Below, in pieces: positions 43,306-53,444 of a DNA stretch of 64,000 nucleotides. The stretch is from the NCBI GenBank assembly GCA_021801565.1, contig JAJYXV010000015.1, forward strand, positions 155,198 through 219,197. Direction: 5' to 3'. The number at the start of each line of letters is the position of its first letter. Positions within the stretch are counted from its first letter, which is position 1. A program made the translations under genes and the position numbers. Source of the DNA: a bacterium (lineage in GTDB: Bacteria; Patescibacteriota; Minisyncoccia; UBA6257; GWB1-50-10). The notes beneath the pieces were generated by a model. The model was not told where the DNA came from. It was given only the letters and a program-made list of their open reading frames with translations, and made no database searches.

Positions 43306-45864
43306 ATGTTTTCATTTCTATCAAACATAGGGGAGAAAAAAAATATAAAGCGTCTCGAAGATATCGCATCGCTGGTTTTGACGTTTGAAGATGAGTTAAA
43401 AACTCTCTCTTCGGAAGAATTAAAAAATAAGACAAATAAATTAAAAGAAAGATTGCAGTCGGGGGAATTAGATGAGCATATTCTTCCAGAAGCATTTGCG
43501 CTGGTGCGAGAGGCGAGCCGACGTACATTGGAAAAACGGCATTTTGATGTGCAGATTATGGGAGGAGTGATTCTCCATGAAGGAAAAATTGCTGAAATGA
43601 GAACTGGAGAAGGAAAGACACTTGTAGCAACGCTTCCTGCATATTTAAATGCACTGTCTGAAAAGGGGGTACATATTGTTACTGTTAATGATTACCTAGC
43701 AAAGCGCGACACGGTGTGGATGGGACAGGTGTATTATGCACTTGGGCTTAATGTTTCTTGTATCGTCCATGACGGAGCATATATATATGATCCAGAACAT
43801 ACACAACAAAATAACCAAATTACAAATGACAAATTACAAACAAATTCAAAAACCCAAAATCAAAATGAAAAACTAGACAAACAAAGAGATGACTTAGGGG
43901 GATTTATGGTGTTTGAAGAATTTTTACGTCCGATTTCACGAAAAGATGCATATCTTGCGGACATTACATATGGCACCAATCATGAGTTTGGGTTTGATTA
44001 TCTCCGCGATAATTTGGTGATGCGAACCGAAGACAGGGTACAGCGTCCGTATTATTATGCAATTATCGATGAAGTCGACAGTATTTTGATTGATGAGGCA
44101 CGTACCCCACTCATTATTGCCTCGCCGGATCAGGCATCAAGCGAATATTACAAAATGTTTGCGCGCATTGCGGAACGATTGGAAAAAGATAGAGATTACA
44201 TAGTTGATGAGAAACTCAGATCGGTAAATGCAACCGAAGAGGGTATTGAAAGGGTAGAAAAAATAATCGGGATTTCAAATATTTTTGATCCGGAGCACTC
44301 TCGTCTTGTGCATTTTTTTCAAGAGAGCTTGCGTGCAAAAGCGCTTTTTTTCCGCGATCGAGATTACGTAGTGCGGAGTGGAGAAATAATCATTGTTGAT
44401 GAATTTACCGGACGCATGCTTCAAGGAAGAAGATATTCCGGCGGATTACACCAAGCGATTGAAGCAAAAGAAAATGTATTAGTAAAGGAAGAAAACCGAA
44501 CGTATGCACAAATTACCATCCAAAATTACTTTCGTTTATATAAAAAAATTGCCGGTATGACAGGAACTGCGCAGACTTCCGCAGAGGAGTTTCATAAAGT
44601 GTATGGACTTGATGTGGTAAGTATTCCGACAAATAAACCGATGATTCGCGAAGATTTAGATGATAGAATTTATAAAACTAAAGAAGCAAAATATCGTGCA
44701 ATTGCCGAAGAAGTAAAAGAGCGACATAAGAAAGGACAACCAGTGCTTCTGGGAACAACATCAATTAGCAACAACGAGACACTCTCAGCATATTTACTAT
44801 CTGCTGGAGTCCCACATGAAATATTGAATGCAAAAAACAATGAACGTGAAGGAGCAATTATTGCACAGGCAGGAAAATTTGGGGCAGTGACTGTTGCAAC
44901 AAACATGGCGGGGCGTGGTGTTGATATTATTCTCGGGGGAAATCCTCCGGTTGAAAAAGAAATGGAAAAAGTAAAAATACTTGGTGGACTTCATGTTATT
45001 GGCACTGAACGGCATGAGGCGCGGCGTATTGACAACCAACTTCGCGGACGCGCGGGACGCCAAGGGGATCATGGTTCATCTCAATTTTTTCTTTCGCTTG
45101 AGGATGACTTAGTACGTATTTTTGGAGGTGAACGAATTTCGCGACTGATGGCGACACTTAATTTTCCTGAAGATATGCCAATTGAGACGAAGATGATTTC
45201 AAAAGCGGTGAACCAGGCACAGCAAAAAGTGGAAGGGGCAAATTTTGACATGAGAAAACATCTCCTTGAATTTGACGATGTACTCAACAAACAGCGAACC
45301 GCGATTTATACAAAACGAAACATGTATCTTGAAATGGGGGAAAAAAATGAAATACGAAACGTGGTATGGGACATTCTTTCAAGGTTCCACATACATGCGC
45401 GTGAGGAAATGATACAGCAGGCAGAGTACAATCCATCGGAGTCACTTGATCAGAAGTTAAACAAACTTGATGAGAAATTAAAGAAAGTTCCAGAAGCATT
45501 TGAACCAGAACGTGGACTTATTATTGGACAACATCTTGTGCATATTATGGATACATTGTGGGTGGAACACCTAGAGAATCTCGAGGGACTTCGCGATTCT
45601 GTAAATATTCGCGCCTATGGACAACATGAACCACTTACCGAATATCGCCGTGAGGCACATATATTATTCCAAGCACTTAACAGAAATTTTGAGGAGCTTG
45701 TGTGGAATACAATATTTCCGATTTTTGATTTTGATTTAAAACAGATAAAAACAGAAGAACCAAAATCGAAAACACCCGCGAATATAAACACGAAAGAAAT
45801 TGGACGAAATGATCCTTGTTGGTGCGGGAGCGGAAAGAAGTTTAAAAAATGCCATGGAAAATAA
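43306..45864 (+). CDS. secA: preprotein translocase ATPase SecA
   Basis: DEAD-like motor (MRTGEGKTLVATL), HWD/HSD. C-terminal SEC-C zinc motif CWCGSGKKFKKCHG. One Q/N-rich low-complexity insert. Confidence 0.95.
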   Translation: MFSFLSNIGEKKNIKRLEDIASLVLTFEDELKTLSSEELKNKTNKLKERLQSGELDEHILPEAFALVREASRRTLEKRHFDVQIMGGVILHEGKIAEMRTGEGKTLVATLPAYLNALSEKGVHIVTVNDYLAKRDTVWMGQVYYALGLNVSCIVHDGAYIYDPEHTQQNNQITNDKLQTNSKTQNQNEKLDKQRDDLGGFMVFEEFLRPISRKDAYLADITYGTNHEFGFDYLRDNLVMRTEDRVQRPYYYAIIDEVDSILIDEARTPLIIASPDQASSEYYKMFARIAERLEKDRDYIVDEKLRSVNATEEGIERVEKIIGISNIFDPEHSRLVHFFQESLRAKALFFRDRDYVVRSGEIIIVDEFTGRMLQGRRYSGGLHQAIEAKENVLVKEENRTYAQITIQNYFRLYKKIAGMTGTAQTSAEEFHKVYGLDVVSIPTNKPMIREDLDDRIYKTKEAKYRAIAEEVKERHKKGQPVLLGTTSISNNETLSAYLLSAGVPHEILNAKNNEREGAIIAQAGKFGAVTVATNMAGRGVDIILGGNPPVEKEMEKVKILGGLHVIGTERHEARRIDNQLRGRAGRQGDHGSSQFFLSLEDDLVRIFGGERISRLMATLNFPEDMPIETKMISKAVNQAQQKVEGANFDMRKHLLEFDDVLNKQRTAIYTKRNMYLEMGEKNEIRNVVWDILSRFHIHAREEMIQQAEYNPSESLDQKLNKLDEKLKKVPEAFEPERGLIIGQHLVHIMDTLWVEHLENLEGLRDSVNIRAYGQHEPLTEYRREAHILFQALNRNFEELVWNTIFPIFDFDLKQIKTEEPKSKTPANINTKEIGRNDPCWCGSGKKFKKCHGK

Positions 45865-46276
45865 AATCCCAAAATCCCTAAAAAAAGCCGGTTACGAAAT
45901 ATATTGCGACGCAGAAAAACTAGGATCATTGGATATTCCTATCGTAGATTTTAAAATTAATGATTTGATATGGAACTTCGACTTACCTTTATGGGGAAAG
46001 GACGGCGAAAGCTGGAATCTAACCCCGTGGGATGTTATCAATAAGGTTCCCGGAAGTGCTAGTCAGCGGAAACGCGTAGAAAATATTGATATGACCTACC
46101 CCATATTGGTTATTGAGAGAAACAATAAGTGGCTCATCATAGATGGCGTGCATCGATTAGTAAAAGCGTATTTAGATGATCAAAAAACAATATTGGCAAA
46201 AATAATAACGCAGGATTTAATTGATAAATATCCATGGAGAACCGATTCAAAAAATGTTAATGCGTTGCGGAAATGA
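45854..46276 (+). CDS. ParB/sulfiredoxin-like nuclease-domain protein
   Basis: LIIDGVHRLVKAY fits the ParB-N DGxHR motif. Weak. Confidence 0.3.
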   Translation: MENKIPKSLKKAGYEIYCDAEKLGSLDIPIVDFKINDLIWNFDLPLWGKDGESWNLTPWDVINKVPGSASQRKRVENIDMTYPILVIERNNKWLIIDGVHRLVKAYLDDQKTILAKIITQDLIDKYPWRTDSKNVNALRK

Positions 46277-46309
46277 TATAGAATTTAGAGATGTCATAGA
46301 AAATGAAAT

Positions 46310-46723
46310 ATGGAAACTTATACTATTGCAACGGCAATAATTAGAAATAACAACGAATATCTTATTGCAAAACGAGCGCCAACGAAAAAATTTGCGCCAA
46401 ACCAGTGGGAATTTATTTCCGGATTTATAGATGACGGAGAAACAGCAGAAGAAACAATTTTGAGGGAAATTAAAGAAGAGCTAGGTATTGATGGGAAGAT
46501 AGATAATTCATCAAGTCCATTTTATGTTATTGATGATGAGGGGAAATGGACTATTGCACCATTTTTAATTGAAGTAAATACACGAGATATTAAAATTAAT
46601 CTAGAAGATCACTCGGAGATAAAATGGGTCATTGCAGATGATTTAGAAAAATATCCTGATCTTAAACCATTTCTGGAAAATAGAGGTGTTAAGAATTTTT
46701 ATGCAAATACAGATAAAAGATAA
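46310..46723 (+). CDS. NUDIX hydrolase
   Basis: Nudix box GFIDDGETAEETILREIKEELGI. Confidence 0.75.
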   Translation: METYTIATAIIRNNNEYLIAKRAPTKKFAPNQWEFISGFIDDGETAEETILREIKEELGIDGKIDNSSSPFYVIDDEGKWTIAPFLIEVNTRDIKINLEDHSEIKWVIADDLEKYPDLKPFLENRGVKNFYANTDKR

Positions 46724-47390
46724 TCACGAGCCACTCGTGGATATAAAAAAATATTGTCCCGGAGTTGTAGTGAGAATTGGAAAAAAGCGGATGAAAATTG
46801 AAAAAACCGCATATCTTCGAAAAACTGTTGCGGAGATGCTTCGAAGTGCGCAGAAAAATCTACCAAAAGGCTGGAATTTTATTATTAATGACGCGTGGCG
46901 TCCACAATATATACAAGCTGAAATTTATTTTAATTTCATCGAACGTTTTCAAAAAATGCATCCCAAATGGACACAAGAGATGATTATAAAAGAAGTGGAA
47001 GAGTATGTGGCAGATTGGAAGGGTGTTGCTTCATCGGGGCATATGAGTGGAGGAGCGGTGGATATACGTTTGGTGGACAAATATAAACACAAGATTCCGA
47101 TGAAAAAGAGGGGACTAACCTATCAGCAAAATGCACTTTCAGATCAGAAATTACTGCCTGCATATATTCAAAAAAATAGAGAAATTATGTTTTCAGCGCT
47201 CAGAAAGGCAGGATTTTCGAATTATCCAAAAGAATATTGGCACTGGTCGTATGGTGACTATCAGTGGGCAAAGCGGAATGGGAAGAAGATAGCATTATAC
47301 GGTACAATTTCAGATGTGAGGGGATTATATTCAAAAAAGATGTGTCCTTGCGGACAAAACAAAAAATTTGTCGAGTGCCATGGGGAATAG
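46686..47390 (+). CDS. LAS/M15-type D-Ala-D-Ala peptidase-like protein with C-terminal SEC-C motif
   Basis: SGHMSGGAVDI (S.H..G.A.D zinc-peptidase motif). C-terminal CPCGQNKKFVECHG, the same metal-binding motif as the SecA tail. Confidence 0.5.
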   Translation: MLRIFMQIQIKDNHEPLVDIKKYCPGVVVRIGKKRMKIEKTAYLRKTVAEMLRSAQKNLPKGWNFIINDAWRPQYIQAEIYFNFIERFQKMHPKWTQEMIIKEVEEYVADWKGVASSGHMSGGAVDIRLVDKYKHKIPMKKRGLTYQQNALSDQKLLPAYIQKNREIMFSALRKAGFSNYPKEYWHWSYGDYQWAKRNGKKIALYGTISDVRGLYSKKMCPCGQNKKFVECHGE

Positions 47391-47405
47391 GGCCCCTAAA
47401 AAATT

Positions 47406-47708
47406 ATGAAATATAACAAATTAGTGCGGGATAAAATTCCCGAGGTCATAAAAAAGAAAGGTGGATCACCAGTTTATCATGTTGCGGACGAGAAAGAATA
47501 TTGGGAAATGTTAAAAAGGAAATTATCCGAAAAAATTAAAGAATTTGAAGAAGATGAGAGTAAAGAGGAGTTTGCCGACTTACTTGAAGTAATTGATGCG
47601 ATTGCTGATTATAAGAAATTTGATCGGAAAATAGTGGAAGAAATCAAAGAAAAGAAAGCCGAAGAACGAGGAAGGTTTAAAGATCGAATTATACTTGATG
47701 AATCGTAG
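47406..47708 (+). CDS. MazG-like nucleotide pyrophosphohydrolase
   Basis: KLVRDKIPE...EE..DLLEV fits the MazG/HisE-like four-helix NTP-PPase pattern. Confidence 0.6.
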   Translation: MKYNKLVRDKIPEVIKKKGGSPVYHVADEKEYWEMLKRKLSEKIKEFEEDESKEEFADLLEVIDAIADYKKFDRKIVEEIKEKKAEERGRFKDRIILDES

Positions 47709-47716
47709 TAATTTTT

Positions 47717-48094
47717 ATGAGTGCAAAGATAAATTTAAAAATAAGTGCGAGACCAAAAGAAACTACCATACGATTTCGGGCGGTAAACCGCGATATTTTT
47801 CTTGCAATTAAGAACGGGACAAAGAAGATAGAAACACGGGCGGCGACAAAAAAATATCAGAAAATCCAAAAAGGGGATACGTTAGTTTTTGTATGCGGGG
47901 AAGGTAAGTTCAAAAAACAGATTAAAAATACTGAACATTTCCCCTCAGTTAAATCATTGGTGAAAAAACACAAACCAAACGCAATAAATTCAAATGCGCA
48001 TTCCGAGAAGGAACTAAGCGAGATGTATGATAAATTTCCTGGGTATAAAGAGAAAATAAAAGAGTTTGGTATTGTTGTGTGGAAATTGGAATAA
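47717..48094 (+). CDS. ASCH/PUA-like domain protein (putative)
   Basis: Small beta-barrel-like pattern. Weak. Confidence 0.25.
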   Translation: MSAKINLKISARPKETTIRFRAVNRDIFLAIKNGTKKIETRAATKKYQKIQKGDTLVFVCGEGKFKKQIKNTEHFPSVKSLVKKHKPNAINSNAHSEKELSEMYDKFPGYKEKIKEFGIVVWKLE

Positions 48095-48122
48095 AATAAG
48101 AAAATAATCTTATAATAAAAAT

Positions 48123-49100
48123 ATGAAAGGAAGTAGAGAATTTTTAACCTCGAACGGAGAGCCTGAAAACCAGGAATTTGTTAAAGAAATTGAAAGGTTC
48201 CATCTCGAAAGATATGAAAAAGAACAAAGTGGAGAACTGAAGGAGTTACTAAATTCCATTAATTTTTCTGTATTGGAGAGTGAATTTTCATTGATTGCAG
48301 AAAAAAGCAGAATGGACAAAAATAAATTTAATTTTATCGGTAGGGAAAAAATTTTTAACCTTGAAAAAGATCGTCGTGAAGGACTTGGATTTAAGCGCAT
48401 TGGAATGTATGATCCTGGTGCAAATTGTCTTGCGTTTGATATTGATGGTCTGGTTTTTGCTGCGAAAGATAACAACTTTAATAAAAAAGATTTCTTTTTA
48501 TATCTTGTGTGCCACGAAGAAGCACACGCAACAGCAAAAACAGAATGTGTTGGACTTAGTGAATTCGAGAAAGAAAAAGAGGACTCAATGGTTGTTACAA
48601 CTGGATACTCAAAATATTTTATAATAAAAGACGTAAATAAAAAGGTTTATGATACCGAACTTCTAAAGCCATTTAATGAAGGTATTACCGAAAAAATAGC
48701 ACGCGAAGCACTTGACTCTTACTTTAAAAAAACTGGAATTTCAGGAGAAAATTTTAAAAAAAGATTAGAAAACGGATCCAATAGTGATAATCTATATGGT
48801 TATGAAGTTTCTTTTGTTGATACTCTTATAAAAAGAATAAGTGTCGATACTGGCGTGTTGGAAATAGATGTGTGGAATGCTTTTAAACGGGGATTTTACA
48901 ACGGTGAGGATCTGTTGGGTGATCGCGAATTACGTGAGTTTTGGAAGGGGATGTTTGGTGAAGAATTTATAAAGGACCTTACAAATAGTAAGGAGGGAAG
49001 ACATCTTTTTGCTATTCAAGAAAGAATAAAAAATTGGAAAGATCCAAGTGGGGAAAATAAACTTTCAAAATTTTTCAAAGAGTTTTTAGAAAAAAAATGA
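48123..49100 (+). CDS. hypothetical protein with HExxH motif (CHEEAH)
   Basis: Single zincin-like HEEAH. Otherwise unrecognised. Confidence 0.3.
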   Translation: MKGSREFLTSNGEPENQEFVKEIERFHLERYEKEQSGELKELLNSINFSVLESEFSLIAEKSRMDKNKFNFIGREKIFNLEKDRREGLGFKRIGMYDPGANCLAFDIDGLVFAAKDNNFNKKDFFLYLVCHEEAHATAKTECVGLSEFEKEKEDSMVVTTGYSKYFIIKDVNKKVYDTELLKPFNEGITEKIAREALDSYFKKTGISGENFKKRLENGSNSDNLYGYEVSFVDTLIKRISVDTGVLEIDVWNAFKRGFYNGEDLLGDRELREFWKGMFGEEFIKDLTNSKEGRHLFAIQERIKNWKDPSGENKLSKFFKEFLEKK

Positions 49101-50056
49101 TGAAAAAAATCTTTGTAACATTTTTCATTTTCATTCTAGGTCTTGTTTTTTATTGGCAGTTTTTGAGTGCGCCGGGGAACGGGGAGGATGAACGCTTTAT
49201 CGTTCCATTAGATACCGGAACGCAGGCAGTGGCGGAAAAGCTGAAAAATGAAGGGTTTATACGTAGCACCCTTGGTTTTGATATAGCGTTTCTCTTACGA
49301 GGAAATATTTCCGTCGAGTCTGGAGGATATAAAATTTCAAAAGGAATGAATATGTGGGAAATTATTTCCACACTGAAAGATGGCCCATATATGAAATGGG
49401 TGGTAATTCCGGAGGGTCTTCGGAAAGAGGAAACCGCTGATATCTTGGCTGAGACACTTAGATGGGATGAAAATGAAAAAAATGGATGGATTCAAAAAGA
49501 TACGGTGAAAAATCCCGATCTCTTTGAGGGGGTATATTTTCCCGATACTTATTTAATACCAAAAGACGAAGCACCAGAAAAAGTCGCAGAGCGAATGCAA
49601 AATAAATTTCAGGAAAAATTTGCCGAGTTTGCAAAAGAAGCGACACAGCAAAATATAAAATGGACGACACTTTTAAAAATTGCGTCAATCGTGCAGCGTG
49701 AAGCGGCGGGGAAAAGCGACATGCCGCTTATTGCGGGGATTTTATGGAATCGACTCTTAGAGGATATAAAATTGGAAGTCGATGCAACTGTGCAATATAT
49801 TCGCGGGAACACCGAAAAAGGGTGGTGGGCACCTATAAAAGTTGCGGATAAACAGATTAATTCGAAATATAATACATATAAATATAAGGGGCTCCCTCCT
49901 CATCCAATTTCAAATCCTGGAGTAAGTGCAATTCATGCGGTACTTTTTCCAGAGGAAACAAAGTGCTTGTTTTATCTCCATGACAATCAAAAACAAATTC
50001 ATTGCGCGATTACATATATTGAACATCAAAAAAACATAGAGAAATACCTCAAATAG
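49097..50056 (+). CDS. mltG: endolytic murein transglycosylase MltG (YceG-like)
   Basis: N-terminal TM plus YceG domain; GLPPHPISNPG block. Confidence 0.7.
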   Translation: MMKKIFVTFFIFILGLVFYWQFLSAPGNGEDERFIVPLDTGTQAVAEKLKNEGFIRSTLGFDIAFLLRGNISVESGGYKISKGMNMWEIISTLKDGPYMKWVVIPEGLRKEETADILAETLRWDENEKNGWIQKDTVKNPDLFEGVYFPDTYLIPKDEAPEKVAERMQNKFQEKFAEFAKEATQQNIKWTTLLKIASIVQREAAGKSDMPLIAGILWNRLLEDIKLEVDATVQYIRGNTEKGWWAPIKVADKQINSKYNTYKYKGLPPHPISNPGVSAIHAVLFPEETKCLFYLHDNQKQIHCAITYIEHQKNIEKYLK

Positions 50057-50212
50057 CAACAAATTACTAAATAACTAATTACTAATGACAAATAATCTAG
50101 GGAACGCAATAAATAATATGCGACTCATAATGAGAGATTGACAATGGCGCAGAGAAGGAGGTATAAAGAATATCTGCACTAATTTAATAACAATAAATAA
50201 AGGAGAATCGTT

Positions 50213-50377
50213 ATGGCAAAATGTTGTCGCGACGAAGGAAGGAAAAGATTAAAAAGAGTGGTGAGTCTTACAAAAGATGGATCTGTTCAGGGTATAAACC
50301 ATAGAACTATTCGTCTCACAAAAGCCTTTAATAAATATTTTTTTCAAAATAGAATGAATTTTGCATGTAGATATTAA
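50213..50377 (+). CDS. small basic protein (54 aa), hypothetical; has a strong SD (AAAGGAG)
   Basis: MAKCCRDEGRKRLKRVV... GGAG lies 8 nt upstream of the ATG. Confidence 0.3.
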   Translation: MAKCCRDEGRKRLKRVVSLTKDGSVQGINHRTIRLTKAFNKYFFQNRMNFACRY

Positions 50378-50393
50378 AAAGGAGAAGATATTT

Positions 50394-50627
50394 ATGGCAA
50401 AGAAAGCGGAAGTGGTACGAATAGTTTTAGAAAAAGGTAGAGTGATAGAGGTAAAAAGGACCGAAACTCACGCTACTATTGTTTTGAAAGATGCGGGAAG
50501 TTCTAAGTCAGAAATATTTTCTGCGAAGCATGGTACGACTGTTGAGGTAAGTGAAAATAAAGGAAATGTTTCCGTTACGCTTCGACCGTCGAGGGGAAAG
50601 ACAAAGATGGAAATGATGAAATTTTAA
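50394..50627 (+). CDS. small hypothetical protein (77 aa) with a strong SD (AAAAGGAG)
   Basis: MAKKAEVVRIVLEKGRVIEVKRTETHATIVLKD... Terminator at 50639-50664. Confidence 0.35.
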   Translation: MAKKAEVVRIVLEKGRVIEVKRTETHATIVLKDAGSSKSEIFSAKHGTTVEVSENKGNVSVTLRPSRGKTKMEMMKF

Positions 50628-50638
50628 TAATTAATCTA

Positions 50639-50664
50639 AAAAGCCCAATATGATAGGGCTTTTT
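50639..50664 (+). terminator. intrinsic terminator AAAGCCCAATATGATAGGGCTTTTT
   Basis: Stem plus T-run. Confidence 0.7.
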
Positions 50665-50696
50665 CTTTATTTCCAATTTCCGAGTACAATAGAGAT

Positions 50697-51698
50697 ATGG
50701 ATGTTCTCACATTAGGAACGATTACACGGGATGTATTTATTCAAAGTCCTCTTTTTAAGGTTTTAAAAGACAAAAATTACCTTGAAAATCTTGGGTTTAA
50801 AACGGGAGAAGTAGAATGTTTTGCCTTGGGTTCAAAGATTCAAATTAACCGCCCCGTCTTTTCAGGTGGGGGAGGAGCACATAACGCAGCCATCACATTT
50901 GCCCGACAGGGGTTAAAAACGGGAATTGCCGGGCTCGTTGGAGATGATGTTGCAGGAAAGGAAATTTTGAAATTATTAAGATCTGAAAAAATACGGCCAT
51001 TTGTAAAAAAGAGCGAAAAAATTGGTACTGGATACTCAATTATCCTTATGGCCGAAGGAGGGGAACGGACAATCCTCACTTATCGTGGAGCGTCCAATTC
51101 TTTCCAAAAAAAAGATATTCCTATTTCTTCAATTCATCCAAAGTGGATTTACGTTTCTCCCGGGGAAATTTCATTTTCCACACTTTTTCCTATTCTTTCT
51201 GTATTTAAAAAAAGAAACACAAAAATAGCCATCAATCCATCTCGTTTTTATCTTGATATGAAGAAATCCGATCTTTTTAAGATTTTTAAACTTTCCAACG
51301 TAGTCATTATGAATCGTGAAGAAGCATCTTATTTTACCGATATGAAATATACTGATGAGCGCGGGATATTTAGAAGATTTGACGAGTTAATAGATGGAAT
51401 TGCCGTAGTCACTGATGGACGACGTGGTGCAATTGTGTCTGACGGTTCGTATATGTATCGCGCTGGGATTTTTGAAGAAAAGGCAATGGTAGATAGAACT
51501 GGGGCAGGAGATGCATTTGGTTCCGGATTTATTGCTGGTCTTATTGAAAAAAATGATGTTCATTTTGCGCTCCGTCTTGCCGCGGCAAACGCTACATCGG
51601 TTGTGGAACGCATCGGTGCGACCGAAGGAATTCTTACAAAAAAGGATTTTTTAAAAAAGCGTTGGGGATTCCTTAATTTGGATGTGGAGAACGTCTAA
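50697..51698 (+). CDS. PfkB-family carbohydrate kinase
   Basis: GGGGAHNAA and TGAGDAFGSGFIAGL (ribokinase-family motifs). Confidence 0.7.
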   Translation: MDVLTLGTITRDVFIQSPLFKVLKDKNYLENLGFKTGEVECFALGSKIQINRPVFSGGGGAHNAAITFARQGLKTGIAGLVGDDVAGKEILKLLRSEKIRPFVKKSEKIGTGYSIILMAEGGERTILTYRGASNSFQKKDIPISSIHPKWIYVSPGEISFSTLFPILSVFKKRNTKIAINPSRFYLDMKKSDLFKIFKLSNVVIMNREEASYFTDMKYTDERGIFRRFDELIDGIAVVTDGRRGAIVSDGSYMYRAGIFEEKAMVDRTGAGDAFGSGFIAGLIEKNDVHFALRLAAANATSVVERIGATEGILTKKDFLKKRWGFLNLDVENV

Positions 51699-51705
51699 GA
51701 CACTT

Positions 51706-51771
51706 ACCCCGTTAGAAATAACATTGTTTTTGTTATGGAAAAATCACGCACTCAAAAATTTCTAACGGGGT
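51706..51771. repeat. family-2 TIR element (ACCCCGTTAGAAAT ... ATTTCTAACGGGGT)
   Basis: Perfect 14-bp TIRs 38 bp apart. Overlaps the annotated start of the downstream ORF. Confidence 0.55.
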
Positions 51772-53438
51772 TTTTTTCACTTCTTGTATTCGCAATATTT
51801 TTTCTTGCGGTTTTTTTATTTTCGCTTCACCCAATTCGTGAATCTGATACTGGATTTATCATACGAACAGGGGAGTATATATGGAACACGGGGTTAATAC
51901 CCCACGCGGATATTTTTTCATTTACTGCGCCGAATGCTCCGTGGATTGCCCACTATTGGTTGCCAGGACTTCTCTTTTTCTTTTTTTATTCCTTATTTGG
52001 GGTGTGGGGAATTATTTTGTTTGTCGGGTGCATTGCATTTTTGACTTTCTTTGTTATTTTCAAAACCGCAGGTCTCTTTACTCATACGCTGTGGATTCCG
52101 TTTATTTTTTTCTTTTTTTTCTTTTCCCTTACGTTTGATTTATGGTCAGCACGTCCGCAGATTTTTTCGTATTTATTTGCTTCAATTCTCCTCTATATTA
52201 TTTTTTCATTCAAAAAAAATCGAGTGTTTAAAAAACTTCTTTTTTTTCCTCCCCTCCTGTTTTTATGGGCGAATATGCATGCGGGGGTTGTATTTGGTAT
52301 TGCCCTTCTTCTTATTTTTTTGATATCAGAAATTATTCGAGAGTGGCGTTTTTATAATAAGGAATTGTTGCATAAGGGACTTGTAGTTTTTTCTTCAATT
52401 TTTATTACACTTTTAAATCCAAACGGATTTTCTCTTCTCACTTATTCACAAAGTATCGCACCCACAGCGAAAGAACTTGGAGTGATGGAGTGGTTTTCAA
52501 TTTTCGATCGTTTTTCAACATGGCAAGCAAAAACATTTTTTCTTTTCATGTGCATTTCCGCGTTATTTGTGCTGTGGAATATTGTAAAAAGAAAAAAACA
52601 ATTTTTCCGCAATGATTTTTTTGAAATTGGACTCGTATTATTCGTGTTTATTCTTCCGCTTGTTTCTGTTCGTCATATTATTTTTTTTCCTATTGCTGTA
52701 TTTCCTTTATTTCTTTGGACACTCGAGTGGCATCATGAAAAAGAAATAATTCGAATAGAGAAGTTTCTTCAGAGTTCTTTTTCGATTCCACTTTTTTTTA
52801 TTCTCCTTCTTCTTGTCGTTGCGGGTGGGATATCATTGAAACGCAATATTGCATTTGGTGCCGTAGATGGTCGTGTACTTCCAGTTGGAGCGGTTGATTT
52901 TATTATTCGTGAAAATATATCAGGACCGTTTTTTAACCTTGAAAATGGAGGATATCTCATTTGGAAACTTTGGCCAAAGGAAAAAGTATTTCTTGATGGA
53001 CGAAATGAGGTGTATAAAGGACTTCCGACAAAAGAATATATTTCTGTAGCCCGACAGGAGGGAGATTGGAAAAAAATAATAGACGAAAAGTATCATATAA
53101 ATGGGATGATTCTTTGGTATCGTCCACCTCTTGATATATTCGCGAATAATCTCGTTGTGCGTCTTTTACAGGAAAATGAATTCACACTCGTATATTGGGA
53201 CGATGCGGCAATTATACTTCTCCGAAATAATGAGATGAATAGGAATATAATTGTAAGATTTGGGTATTCAATAATAAACCCATTTCGTAATCCCACCACT
53301 ATTACTGCTAAGAATATGGATGTCGCTTTACATGAGATAAAACGTGCGCGAATGATTGCTTCGCAATCAGCTGTACTTGAGGAATATGAATATATTCTTA
53401 TTCATCGCGCACTAACCACAAAAAAACTGTTACAATAA
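51735..53438 (+). CDS. polytopic membrane protein (possible GT-C-type glycosyltransferase)
   Basis: At least 10 TM helices in the N-terminal two thirds plus a soluble C-domain. No firm motif. The true start may be downstream of the TIR. Confidence 0.3.
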   Translation: MEKSRTQKFLTGFFSLLVFAIFFLAVFLFSLHPIRESDTGFIIRTGEYIWNTGLIPHADIFSFTAPNAPWIAHYWLPGLLFFFFYSLFGVWGIILFVGCIAFLTFFVIFKTAGLFTHTLWIPFIFFFFFFSLTFDLWSARPQIFSYLFASILLYIIFSFKKNRVFKKLLFFPPLLFLWANMHAGVVFGIALLLIFLISEIIREWRFYNKELLHKGLVVFSSIFITLLNPNGFSLLTYSQSIAPTAKELGVMEWFSIFDRFSTWQAKTFFLFMCISALFVLWNIVKRKKQFFRNDFFEIGLVLFVFILPLVSVRHIIFFPIAVFPLFLWTLEWHHEKEIIRIEKFLQSSFSIPLFFILLLLVVAGGISLKRNIAFGAVDGRVLPVGAVDFIIRENISGPFFNLENGGYLIWKLWPKEKVFLDGRNEVYKGLPTKEYISVARQEGDWKKIIDEKYHINGMILWYRPPLDIFANNLVVRLLQENEFTLVYWDDAAIILLRNNEMNRNIIVRFGYSIINPFRNPTTITAKNMDVALHEIKRARMIASQSAVLEEYEYILIHRALTTKKLLQ

Positions 53439-53444
53439 ATAGAT

